From positions 47,789 through 111,788 of the forward strand of contig DLGQ01000109.1 in NCBI GenBank assembly GCA_002482775.1: a stretch of 64,000 nt of DNA. Reading direction: 5' to 3'. The position numbers and the translations under genes are program-made. Below the pieces are notes generated by a model. It was not told the origin of the DNA, made no database searches, and worked only from the letters and a program-made list of their open reading frames with translations. Position 1 is the first letter of the stretch. Each line of letters begins with the position of its first letter. The stretch is from Flavobacteriales bacterium UBA7690 (GTDB lineage Bacteria > Bacteroidota > Bacteroidia > Flavobacteriales_F > PHOS-HE28). This document shows positions 39,253 through 48,304 of this stretch, piece after piece.

Positions 39253-40272
39253 ATGATCCGCACGACTCCACGCAACCTCTTCGGTTTGTCCATCTTGTTC
39301 ATCGGGACCATGGCGCAACCCATCTCTGCCGGAGCACAAGGGGTGGTACAAGCCGACGTACTGCCTCTCATGGGAGACTCCTGGCACATGCGGGCTCTCC
39401 AAATGTTGCCGCCCGAAGTGACGCTCGGGCACGATATGGTTTGGCCTTACAGCAACGTAGTGGGGAACGACCTTTTCGGCACGACGCATACGGTGATGGA
39501 GCCGGAGCCCATCGCAGGAAGTGCGGCGTATCCGGATGCTGACCGAGCTATACGTACCGTACCGGACAATGGCTCGGCTACCACATACACGTTCTACGAT
39601 GTTCGGGAGAACGGTTGTTCGGACCTCGGGTCCATGGGTGGAGCGACCTCCACGGTCTATCAACCGGGCGCCTTAGCGCATGCTTACCCGCTGGAGCTGG
39701 GAGAACAAGTCTCGTCGGCGTTCTGTTATACCACCACCAACGCTGGAGGTACGGCCGACTTCTGTGGATCGGCCGTTGTTTCCTTGGTCGCGACAGGGAC
39801 ATTGGAACTTTCTTTCGGCACGTTCCACGATGTACAACTGCTCACCATGCGCAAAGCCGCCGCATCGTCGCCCGATGGTACCGATTCGCTCATCACCATC
39901 ATCAGGGATTGGTACGCGCCTGGTATCCCATATCCATTGTTGCACTTCACCACCTTCATCAACGCCGAAGGAGGTATCACGCGAACTGGGCAGATCCTGG
40001 ACGAAACCGCTTTGGTGGGGATTGCTGAGCCCCTGCGCATGAGCACCCTTCCGGTGTTCCCCAATCCCACGTCAGGGCCGGTCACCATCGCCACCCAAGG
40101 CTCTGGGATGCTCCAAGTGAACAGTGCGGACGGAAGGCTCGTGCGCTCCATCGCGCTCACCTCCTCCGACCTGAGGAACATCGACCTCAGCGACCTGCCT
40201 GATGGTGTCTATTCCCTCTTCTTCCACGGACCGGAAGAGTTGCGTTCGACGAAGGTGGTCGTCGCGCATTGA
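39253..40272 (+). CDS. T9SS C-terminal sorting domain-containing secreted protein
   Basis: Signal peptide. CTD VFPNPTSGPVTIATQG...GVYSLFF. Confidence 0.6.
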   Translation: MIRTTPRNLFGLSILFIGTMAQPISAGAQGVVQADVLPLMGDSWHMRALQMLPPEVTLGHDMVWPYSNVVGNDLFGTTHTVMEPEPIAGSAAYPDADRAIRTVPDNGSATTYTFYDVRENGCSDLGSMGGATSTVYQPGALAHAYPLELGEQVSSAFCYTTTNAGGTADFCGSAVVSLVATGTLELSFGTFHDVQLLTMRKAAASSPDGTDSLITIIRDWYAPGIPYPLLHFTTFINAEGGITRTGQILDETALVGIAEPLRMSTLPVFPNPTSGPVTIATQGSGMLQVNSADGRLVRSIALTSSDLRNIDLSDLPDGVYSLFFHGPEELRSTKVVVAH

Positions 40273-40412
40273 TCATCCGTGGTGACGCGCCCCCGGTATC
40301 GCCTTCCGCAACAGGGTGTCCGGGGGCGTTGTCGTGGTTGATTTCGCCTCGAACACCCCAACCGTTCGTCCCGCGATGAGGACGCCGCTGTGACGGATAG
40401 TTTTGCCCCACC

Positions 40413-43400
40413 ATGAATCACCACTTGAAACGGATCCTTCCATTACTCGCGTTGGTCGCCGCCGATGCCTCCGCGCAGAACGAACCGCTCTGGTTGCGCA
40501 GTTCGGCCATCAGCCCGGACGGCAGCACCATCGCCTTCACCTACCAAGGCGATATCTGGCGCGTACCAGCGGCCGGTGGCGATGCAACGCCCTTGACCAC
40601 CAACGACGCCTACGATTACGCACCGGTGTGGAGCCACGATGGGCGCACCATCGCCTTCGCCAGCACACGCTATGGTGGTGCTGATGTGTTCGTGATGGGA
40701 GCCATGGGCGGCGCTCCCACGCGGCTCACGTTCCACAGCAACGGCGAGATCCCCACGGATTTCTCGCGCGACGATGCAAACGTGATCTTCTACGGCACAC
40801 GGCAAGATGATGTGAAGCACCAGCAATTCCCGGTCGGTGGTTTCGGTGAACTCTACACGGTTCCGGTGAAGGGTGGACGCCCCATGCAGGTAAGCACCAT
40901 CGCCATGCAGAACGCGCGGTACAACCCCGCAGGCACCGTGCTCGCGTTCCAGGACCGCAAAGGCTACGAGGATCCGTTGCGCAAGCACCACACCAGCAGC
41001 GTAACGCGCGACATCTGGACCTACGACACGGCGAACAAGACGTACAAGCAGCTCTCCACCTTCGCTGGTGAAGACCGCAGCCCTGTGTGGAGCAAGGATG
41101 GAAGCACGCTCTACTACCTCAGCGAGGAGAGCGGATCGTACAACGTACACAAGATGCCCGCCGCTGGTGGAGCCAACACGCAGGTCAGCCGCCTGACCGA
41201 TCACCCGGTGCGTTACCTCAGCATGAGCGACAACGGCCTGCTGTGCTTCAGCTACCGTGGCGAGCTCTACACCATGACCGATGGCAGCGAGCCGAAGAAG
41301 GTCGTGATCCGCATCAACAGCGATGGCCGCTACAACCCGGAGAAGACCATCAGCGTGAACAACGCCAGCGAGTACGAGGTCAGCAGCAACGGCAAGGAAG
41401 TGGTCTTCATCCACCGCGGTGAAGTGTTCGTCTCCTCCGTGGCCGAAGGCACTACGCGCCGGATCACCAACACACCGGAGCAGGAGCGCAACGTCAGCTT
41501 CAGCCCCGATGGCCGCACCATCCTCTACGCCTCTGAACGCAACGGCAGCTGGGACCTGTACACCACCAGCCTCACGCGCAAAGAGGAGAAATACTTCTTC
41601 AACGGAACGGTGCTGAAGGAAGAAGCGCTGCTGAATACACCAGCCGAAGAGTTCCAACCGTACTACTCACCCGACGGAAAAGAGGTGGCGTATTTGGAAG
41701 AGCGCACCACATTGAAGGTGCTCAACATCGCCAGCAAACAAACGCGCACGGTGGTGTCCGGCGACAAGAACTACAGCTACAGCGATGGTGATCAGTGGTA
41801 CGAGTGGAGCCCCGACAGCAAGTGGTTCGTGGTGAACTTCCTGCACGAGCAACAGTGGATCGGGCAAGTGGGCATCGTGAAAGCAACCGGCACCGAACCC
41901 ATCATCGACCTCACCCGCAGCGGCTACGGCGGCTACGCTCCGCGCTGGGCCATGGACGGTAAGGCCATCGTGTACATGAGCGATCGTGACGGCATGAAGA
42001 ACCACGCCAGCTGGGGTGGCCAAGGCGATGCCTACGCGTTCTTCCTCACGCAGGAAGCCTACGACAAGTTCAAGTTGAACAAGGAAGAAGCCGCATTGGC
42101 GAAAGAAGATGAGGACAAGAAGAACGGCGAGGACGAAGAGCTGACCGAAGAGGAGAAGAAGAAGAAAGAGAAGGAGGACAAGAAGAAGAAAGAAGCCGAG
42201 GAGAAGGACAAGAAGGTCGAAGCGATCACCATCGAGTTGGAAGGTCTGCAAGAGCGTCGCTTGCGCCTTACGCCGAACTCCAGCTTCCTCAGCGGTGCGG
42301 TGTTGAGCAAGGACGGTGAGAAGGTGTGGTACTTCGCTGCGTTCGAAAAAGGAACCGACCTGTGGCAGTACGAAGTGCGCACGCGTGAGACGAAGATCCT
42401 CAACAAGATGGGCGATGGCTGGGCCGGTGGCCTCATGCTGGACAAGGAGGGCAAGAAGCTCTTCTACATCGCCAACGGTAGCATCAGCTACTACGACACG
42501 GAGAAGAACGAGAACAAGAGCGTGGGCATCAACGGCGATATGCTGTTGAACGAAGGAGCGGAACGCGCGTACCTCTACGAACACATCTGGCGCCAGGTGA
42601 AGAAGAAGTTCTACCGCGTGGATCTGCAAGGTGTGGATTGGGACAAGTACAAGGCCGAGTACCAGCGTTACCTGCCGCACATCAACAACAACCACGACAT
42701 GGCCGAGCTCTGCAGCGAACTCCTCGGTGAGCTCAATGCCAGCCACACCGGCGCGGGTTATGGCGGTGATGAAGTGCCGAACGGTGACGAGACCGCCTGC
42801 CTCGGCTTGCTATACACCAACGATGCAGGCCCCGGATTGAAGATCGCAGAAGTATTGGAGAAAAGTCCGGTGATCAAGAAGGGATCGAAGATCAAAGCCG
42901 GCCATGTCATCGAACAGATCGATGGCCAAGTGATCGAAGCCAACGTGGATCCTGGGCGCTACTTCAACCGGAAGGCCGGCAAACCGATGTTGCTCGGCAT
43001 GCTTGATCCGAAGACCAACACACGGTATGTCGAAACCGTGAAGCCCATCAACTGGTGGGACCAAAGCGAAATGCTCTACAAACGCTGGGTGGAGAATTGC
43101 CGCCACTTGGTAGATAGCCTCAGCGGTGGGCAACTCGGTTACGTCCACGTGCAAGGCATGAACGACGAGAGCTTCCGCGTGGTGTATGAAGAAGCGCTGG
43201 GCCGCTACCACAACAAGAAAGGCCTCGTGGTAGATACACGCTTCAACGGCGGCGGCTGGTTGCACGACGACCTCGCCACCTTCCTGAACGGCAAGACCTA
43301 CATGCAGATGGAGCCGCGCGGACAGAAGCTGGGCACCGAGCCACAGTTCAAATGGCAGAAGCCGAGCGTGGTGGTGATGAGCGAAGGCAACTACAGCGAT

Positions 43401-43670
43401 GCGCACATGTTCCCCGTCACCTACCGCGCCATGGGCATCGGCAAGCTGGTAGGCATGCCTGTTGCAGGCACCGGCACCGCCGTGTGGTGGGAGGGCCTGC
43501 AGAACAACATGTGGTTCGGCATACCGCAAGTGGGCATGATCGACAACAACGGCCAGTACCTGGAGAACCAACAACTGGAACCCGATGTGAAACAGACCCT
43601 CGATCCCGGCGCCGTTAGCCAAGGCCGCGACCAACAACTGGAAGAAGCGGTAAAGGTGCTGATGAAGTAG
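40413..43670 (+). CDS. S41 family peptidase with N-terminal WD40/PD40 beta-propeller domains (tricorn protease-like)
   Basis: Repeated PD40 motifs (SPDGxxIAF), an internal K/E-rich low-complexity linker, and a C-terminal S41 domain (TRFNGGGW). Confidence 0.8.
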   Translation: MNHHLKRILPLLALVAADASAQNEPLWLRSSAISPDGSTIAFTYQGDIWRVPAAGGDATPLTTNDAYDYAPVWSHDGRTIAFASTRYGGADVFVMGAMGGAPTRLTFHSNGEIPTDFSRDDANVIFYGTRQDDVKHQQFPVGGFGELYTVPVKGGRPMQVSTIAMQNARYNPAGTVLAFQDRKGYEDPLRKHHTSSVTRDIWTYDTANKTYKQLSTFAGEDRSPVWSKDGSTLYYLSEESGSYNVHKMPAAGGANTQVSRLTDHPVRYLSMSDNGLLCFSYRGELYTMTDGSEPKKVVIRINSDGRYNPEKTISVNNASEYEVSSNGKEVVFIHRGEVFVSSVAEGTTRRITNTPEQERNVSFSPDGRTILYASERNGSWDLYTTSLTRKEEKYFFNGTVLKEEALLNTPAEEFQPYYSPDGKEVAYLEERTTLKVLNIASKQTRTVVSGDKNYSYSDGDQWYEWSPDSKWFVVNFLHEQQWIGQVGIVKATGTEPIIDLTRSGYGGYAPRWAMDGKAIVYMSDRDGMKNHASWGGQGDAYAFFLTQEAYDKFKLNKEEAALAKEDEDKKNGEDEELTEEEKKKKEKEDKKKKEAEEKDKKVEAITIELEGLQERRLRLTPNSSFLSGAVLSKDGEKVWYFAAFEKGTDLWQYEVRTRETKILNKMGDGWAGGLMLDKEGKKLFYIANGSISYYDTEKNENKSVGINGDMLLNEGAERAYLYEHIWRQVKKKFYRVDLQGVDWDKYKAEYQRYLPHINNNHDMAELCSELLGELNASHTGAGYGGDEVPNGDETACLGLLYTNDAGPGLKIAEVLEKSPVIKKGSKIKAGHVIEQIDGQVIEANVDPGRYFNRKAGKPMLLGMLDPKTNTRYVETVKPINWWDQSEMLYKRWVENCRHLVDSLSGGQLGYVHVQGMNDESFRVVYEEALGRYHNKKGLVVDTRFNGGGWLHDDLATFLNGKTYMQMEPRGQKLGTEPQFKWQKPSVVVMSEGNYSDAHMFPVTYRAMGIGKLVGMPVAGTGTAVWWEGLQNNMWFGIPQVGMIDNNGQYLENQQLEPDVKQTLDPGAVSQGRDQQLEEAVKVLMK

Positions 43671-43693
43671 GGTTGATGTGATCTTTGAATGCG

Positions 43694-43724
43694 AACGAAC
43701 CCCGGCCATTGGTCGGGGTTCGTT
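43694..43724 (+). terminator. terminator-like hairpin after the tricorn-like protease gene
   Basis: AACGAACCCCG, a 9-nt loop, CGGGGTTCGTT. The T-tract is weak. Confidence 0.4.
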
Positions 43725-43786
43725 GTACTCGGCCTTTGATAACTTCGGCTTCGTGAGCAATAACGGAAAGAGCCACGAAAGCATAG

Positions 43787-43823
43787 ACCACGGATCGTAG
43801 ATCCGCGGGAGCGGGGCGATCGG
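43787..43823. repeat. left inverted repeat flanking ORF 43846-44265
   Basis: accacggatcgtagatccgcgggagcggggcgatcgg matches the reverse complement of 44285-44320 at about 30 of 36 nt. The core CGGATC-nnn-GATCCG is itself palindromic. Confidence 0.6.
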
Positions 43824-43845
43824 CACCATAAAGCACGATGGCAAG

Positions 43846-44265
43846 TTGTACTACGCACGGCTGCTGAAGGCTCCCATTCTCGGCGTTTATGCAAAAGCCT
43901 TCAGCACTCCGCTTGCGCCACCCTTACTACCCAAACTCGCTCATCTACCGTTTGCTTTTGAGGTGCCGATCCATGTTGGTGTAATCGGGAAGGGGAAGTT
44001 CGAGGTCGCAGAAAAGAACCCGTTGTTGCAATCCGACATCGACAAGATGAAGCCACAATACTGGCAGGACATAGATGATCTTGCGAACTGTGTTATTGTT
44101 TATCCAGATGGTTCAGAGAGGAAGGCCGCTCCTGAAGAATGCATCGGACTTGAAGCACTTGGCGCTTGGAATCATATCCATATTCTTTGGTATATAGACA
44201 AGGACTTCAACGGCATCCCCAACCCAACGCTCGACTACACGAAAGTGAAGTTGTCCAAGAAGTAG
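43846..44265 (+). CDS. hypothetical protein (139 aa) on an AT-rich insert
   Basis: Markedly lower GC than the flanks. No signal peptide. No recognised family. Confidence 0.5.
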   Translation: MYYARLLKAPILGVYAKAFSTPLAPPLLPKLAHLPFAFEVPIHVGVIGKGKFEVAEKNPLLQSDIDKMKPQYWQDIDDLANCVIVYPDGSERKAAPEECIGLEALGAWNHIHILWYIDKDFNGIPNPTLDYTKVKLSKK

Positions 44266-44284
44266 CCCGGCAGACCCCGAACAA

Positions 44285-44320
44285 GGATCCCCACGCTACC
44301 GCGGATCTGCGATCCGTGGT
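44285..44320. repeat. right inverted repeat flanking ORF 43846-44265
   Basis: aggatccccacgctaccgcggatctgcgatccgtggt. Confidence 0.6.
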
Positions 44321-44542
44321 TCCATTTGCTAGACTATACCGATGTCTCCTGCCGATCTATGATCGGCCATAGTTAGCTTCGATTTAGTGATCTGCAACTA
44401 CAAGACCTGCCTGCCGGAAGGCAGGTCTACGACCAGACGGACCTGCACTACCTGATCTACGCGACGGTCGTTTGGTTGGATGTGCTGACACATACATGAT
44501 GCTATCATGTGATAGCATCAAAAGCAGGACTACGGAACATCA

Positions 44543-45271
44543 CTACTTCCCGAACACCTTCTTCAACAGATCACTAGTGCGTGCCATGGGGTCTTGGCGG
44601 ATCTTGGCTTCCTCTTGCGCGATGAGGGTGAAGAGCCCATCGATCGCTTTCTGGGTGATGTAAGCATCCAGGTCGGGATCCACGGCTTTGGCACCGGTGA
44701 GCATGCCTGCTTTATTGTAGCCATTGACCAACGGTGTCCAGTAGCTGGTCAACGCCACCTTCTGTGTACTATTCGCCACGATGGGTGCGAATTTCTCCCG
44801 CAGGCTTGCGGAGGTCTGTTTGGTGAGGTAGTCCGTGGCGGCACGATCACCACCTTTCAGGATAGCGAAACCGTCGCCCACGCTCATCCCAGTAACAGCG
44901 TCGCGCAGGATGGGCAGTGCTTCTTTCGCGGCATCTTCCGCCGCACGGTTCATCGTCATCTCGAACTCCTCCACCTGTTTGGTCATCCCGATCTTCACCA
45001 ACGTGGTCTTCATCTTCTCGGCTTCCGGTGGGAAGGCGATACTGATCAACTCGTTCTTCCAGAAGCCATCCAACGAAGAGCCTTTCAGCACCGAGCTTTC
45101 CGCGCCTTTGCCCAACGCCTCCTTCAGGCCGGAGATCACCTCATCGTTGCTGAGGCCACTGGCACCACCACCTTTCACCTTATCGGCGATCCCTTTCAAC
45201 GAGCCGGGTATCTGGGCGTGAAGCGGGGTGAGAAGTAGGAGAGCGAGTGAAAGTGTGAGCAGCTGTTTCAT
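44543..45271 (-). CDS. DUF4197 domain-containing secreted protein
   Basis: Signal peptide MKQLLTLSLALLLLTPLHAQ. Amphipathic helical repeats. Confidence 0.55.
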   Translation of the reverse strand: MKQLLTLSLALLLLTPLHAQIPGSLKGIADKVKGGGASGLSNDEVISGLKEALGKGAESSVLKGSSLDGFWKNELISIAFPPEAEKMKTTLVKIGMTKQVEEFEMTMNRAAEDAAKEALPILRDAVTGMSVGDGFAILKGGDRAATDYLTKQTSASLREKFAPIVANSTQKVALTSYWTPLVNGYNKAGMLTGAKAVDPDLDAYITQKAIDGLFTLIAQEEAKIRQDPMARTSDLLKKVFGK

Positions 45272-45334
45272 ACGGAGGTGCGTTCGTGAGCGCGAAGGTG
45301 GCCCAAAGAACGTGCCGCATCCGGGTGCGATCAT

Positions 45335-45832
45335 TCAATGGCCGAAATGGTAGCCCATCGCGATGGTCACATCCCAAGGCTTCTGCTGGATCTGCACGTT
45401 GGGGTTGCGTTCCAAGTTCTCCAGGTCATCCTCATACGCCTGCGGCCGTTGTGGAAGGAGCACTTGTATGCTGAAGAAGCGCTCTGGCTTGTGCCGACCG
45501 TGCAGTTCCAGGCCTACGCCGATGGTGGTGCCGTAGTACATTTCGTCGTAACGATCGGTGCCTTGGATCATGATCGCCACGTTGTAGCCGTACATCCCTG
45601 TTATGAACGGACACACCGGTGATGAGGGCATGATCCGGATGCAGGCACCGAGGTTGTACATCATCCCCACCAAGGCATATCCGCCGCCAGCGAAGATGCT
45701 ATGTTGCTGGGCTGGTCGCGCTGCGAGTTGACCCTTGCGCATGCTGGGGTTCTTGGGCCACCAGCCGCAATGGAAGTAGGAAGGCGAGGAGCACCACCCG
45801 CATACGGGAAAGGTCCACTTGGACCCGCTCAC
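45335..45832 (-). CDS. hypothetical protein (Cys/Trp-rich N-terminus)
   Basis: ORF only, with no motif. May be spurious or may have a later start. Confidence 0.25.
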   Translation of the reverse strand: MSGSKWTFPVCGWCSSPSYFHCGWWPKNPSMRKGQLAARPAQQHSIFAGGGYALVGMMYNLGACIRIMPSSPVCPFITGMYGYNVAIMIQGTDRYDEMYYGTTIGVGLELHGRHKPERFFSIQVLLPQRPQAYEDDLENLERNPNVQIQQKPWDVTIAMGYHFGH

Positions 45833-47016
45833 CGCACCTGCAACACCTTTCCTTCCTCCACCCAGTTCTGTGGATCGATGCCAAGTTCACCACCGGGCAC
45901 GGACCAGCGCAGTGCCACCACACCGATCACGGGCTGGCCATGGTGCATGGTGCGGAAGACCGGATCGCCTTTATCCTCTTCGTACACGTACGTCCACTCT
46001 TGCGGCTTATCGTTCAAGGTGATGCGTTGTTGAAGCACCGGGCAGAAAACGCCTTCTCGTTCAGGCGTGGCCCAGACGAACGTGCCAGCTTGAAGTCCAT
46101 GATCCAGGATATCCGCTGTCAGTGATCCTTCCGGCGGCAAACGATAAAAGTCCCAACCCTCACCGCTCGCATCACGCTTCATCAGGAACGCAGCTCCAGG
46201 TGCGGGTGAAACTCCACGGACGTAGTAGCCGAGGTCATCGGCATCCACACCAGTGCGTTCAATGCCGATGATCAGTACATCATCGTTCTCATCGAAGGTG
46301 AGGTCCACGCGTTCGATCGGCGGTATCCCCGGCGGTATCACGATCGGTGGTTCCGAAGGTTCATGTCCGAAAGAGAACGGATCTTCTACAGGTGGCAGCG
46401 GTGGAGGCGGATCACCTGCTTTTCCGAAGTCGCGGTGTACGTTCAAGACTTCCTTCGTAGTAATGCTGATGCATCCGGAAGACACCGCGAACGAAATGGT
46501 GAATGCTGCGATGCGTGCTTTTCCGTTCGTCACACTGCGCAAGATCATGGTGCCGTCGGCATACTCACCCGTGCCATACCACCCGGCCATATCCTTGGTG
46601 ATCCCTGGTCCGTAGGCCTGTTGCAACAACCGGAACTCGCGTGGCTGTTCGGAGGGCGTCCATTGCAGTTGTTTGAAGTGGAAGTTCTTCGCCAAAGCGG
46701 CCGTATCGATGGAAGCACCATCATCGAGGATGTAGTACCCGTAGTTGTTGTGGGTGCTCCAAGAAAGCAGGGATGTGCCCGGCAATGTGCGCACATGGCG
46801 GCGATACCAGCCGAATAAGCCTTGTTCAGGATCCGGCGTGGGGTCCAGTACACTGGTGATCACCAGATCCGGGGTGCCATCTCCGGTCACATCGATATGT
46901 TCATCGGGCGTGATGCCGGGAACGATCGGCGCATCAAGTGGGCAAGGCTGTTGGGCGGCGCTGGATGCGGCGAATAGAAGGCCGAAGACACCTAAAATGC
47001 GAATGCTCATGTTCAT
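45829..47016 (-). CDS. hypothetical secreted protein, paralog A
   Basis: Signal peptide. The N-terminal DxxGDGxPDLxI...RTLPGTSLL module is shared with the adjacent gene. Confidence 0.5.
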   Translation of the reverse strand: MNMSIRILGVFGLLFAASSAAQQPCPLDAPIVPGITPDEHIDVTGDGTPDLVITSVLDPTPDPEQGLFGWYRRHVRTLPGTSLLSWSTHNNYGYYILDDGASIDTAALAKNFHFKQLQWTPSEQPREFRLLQQAYGPGITKDMAGWYGTGEYADGTMILRSVTNGKARIAAFTISFAVSSGCISITTKEVLNVHRDFGKAGDPPPPLPPVEDPFSFGHEPSEPPIVIPPGIPPIERVDLTFDENDDVLIIGIERTGVDADDLGYYVRGVSPAPGAAFLMKRDASGEGWDFYRLPPEGSLTADILDHGLQAGTFVWATPEREGVFCPVLQQRITLNDKPQEWTYVYEEDKGDPVFRTMHHGQPVIGVVALRWSVPGGELGIDPQNWVEEGKVLQVR

Positions 47017-47591
47017 CGAATGACCCACGGACCAACAGTAGGTATCAACTCGATCGCCTTGATCCGGACACTGCGCTGCTCGGTCAGTGGTTCCAAAGTG
47101 ATCGTCCAGGTGCGTGGCTTCTGGGGAATAGTGGTTTGGAGCACGAAGACCTGTCCACTAAGTCCGGGAGTCGATCCGACTGTTCGTACCTGGTTGCCAT
47201 ATCCCCATTGCAGCACATCGATAGACCCGTCGGTAAAAAGGAAATGAGGGATCTGCATGTCGTTCGGGATGCCCTTATCGAACTCCGGAAGGGTGTCGCC
47301 GAACGCGAAGGCGTGGGGTGATCGGTGGCCGTTCCGACCCAAGCTGCACAGCAACGAAGTGCCGGGCAATGTTCGGATGGAACGCATACAGGAGCCGGAG
47401 CTGCTGGGTTCATCTTCCGTGCCCACGGAGCGCCCGTGTACGATCAGATCCGGGATACCATCACCGGAGAGGTCCAAGGTGTCGGTCGGTGGCATTCCGC
47501 ATGGGTCGGTGAAGTGCAATTCGATGTCGCCAGGCTGGGCCGAAGCGGCGAACGCTGCGAAGAGTAGGAACAACAGGATCGTTGTTTTCAT
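47013..47591 (-). CDS. hypothetical secreted protein, paralog B
   Basis: Signal peptide MKTTILLFLLFAAFAASAQ. Shares the LSGDGIPDLIVH...RSIRTLPGTSLL module. Confidence 0.5.
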   Translation of the reverse strand: MKTTILLFLLFAAFAASAQPGDIELHFTDPCGMPPTDTLDLSGDGIPDLIVHGRSVGTEDEPSSSGSCMRSIRTLPGTSLLCSLGRNGHRSPHAFAFGDTLPEFDKGIPNDMQIPHFLFTDGSIDVLQWGYGNQVRTVGSTPGLSGQVFVLQTTIPQKPRTWTITLEPLTEQRSVRIKAIELIPTVGPWVIR

Positions 47592-47728
47592 GAGCGTTGA
47601 AGGTGGTATTCAGCGACGAGCAGCTCGGTGCATTTTACTGAATGGGATACAGGGCCTTCCTGAACACCACGGTGCCGTACACCCGGCACGGTTCAAAGTT
47701 CAACCGTTCTGCAGCCGCACGACTTCGC

Positions 47729-48175
47729 TCACTGGATGGCTTCTATGGTGAAAGTCTTTCCGTTCAAGGTAACCGCATCACCCGTTCGTTTCCCAGCCAA
47801 AGCTTGTCCGATGGGTGATGCCAAGGAGACCACTGCCCAAGTGGCACCCGCCACCTGTACGATGCCCCAGGCAATGGCGATGAAGAAGAGTCCTTGATCT
47901 GTTCTTACCAGTGCTCCGAATGCCACGTGTTCGAAGTTCCTATCCACCGGCACACGGGCGAGTTCTTGTTGCGATGCACGCAGCTTGGCCAATAGTGCTC
48001 CCTGCTGATCCAGTTCCTGCTGGACCATGGCGCGGCCCACCTCATGTTTATCGCCAGCGCTGCTCTTGGTGTCGCTATTACGCGCATGGAGCGTAGAAGC
48101 GAAGTCGGCTTCCGCAGCTACGATCTTTTCGCCGAGCGAAGCCCGAAGGTGGGTTAGGAGTAGAGCACGTTGCAC
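47729..48175 (-). CDS. GreA/GreB family (Rnk-like) transcription factor
   Basis: C-terminal SPIGQALAGKRTGDAVTLNG resembles the GreA C-terminal domain signature. Confidence 0.5.
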   Translation of the reverse strand: MQRALLLTHLRASLGEKIVAAEADFASTLHARNSDTKSSAGDKHEVGRAMVQQELDQQGALLAKLRASQQELARVPVDRNFEHVAFGALVRTDQGLFFIAIAWGIVQVAGATWAVVSLASPIGQALAGKRTGDAVTLNGKTFTIEAIQ

Positions 48176-48304
48176 GAAGAGGAAAGGCGCTGTCCGGTGG
48201 TCTAGCGGAGGTGTAATACACCGGTTGCTCAGGACGGATAGTGGGTGGGGATCAGTTCGCGATACCGCACGGATCCGTGTGCTTCACTTTCCATCCGGCA
48301 GCAT

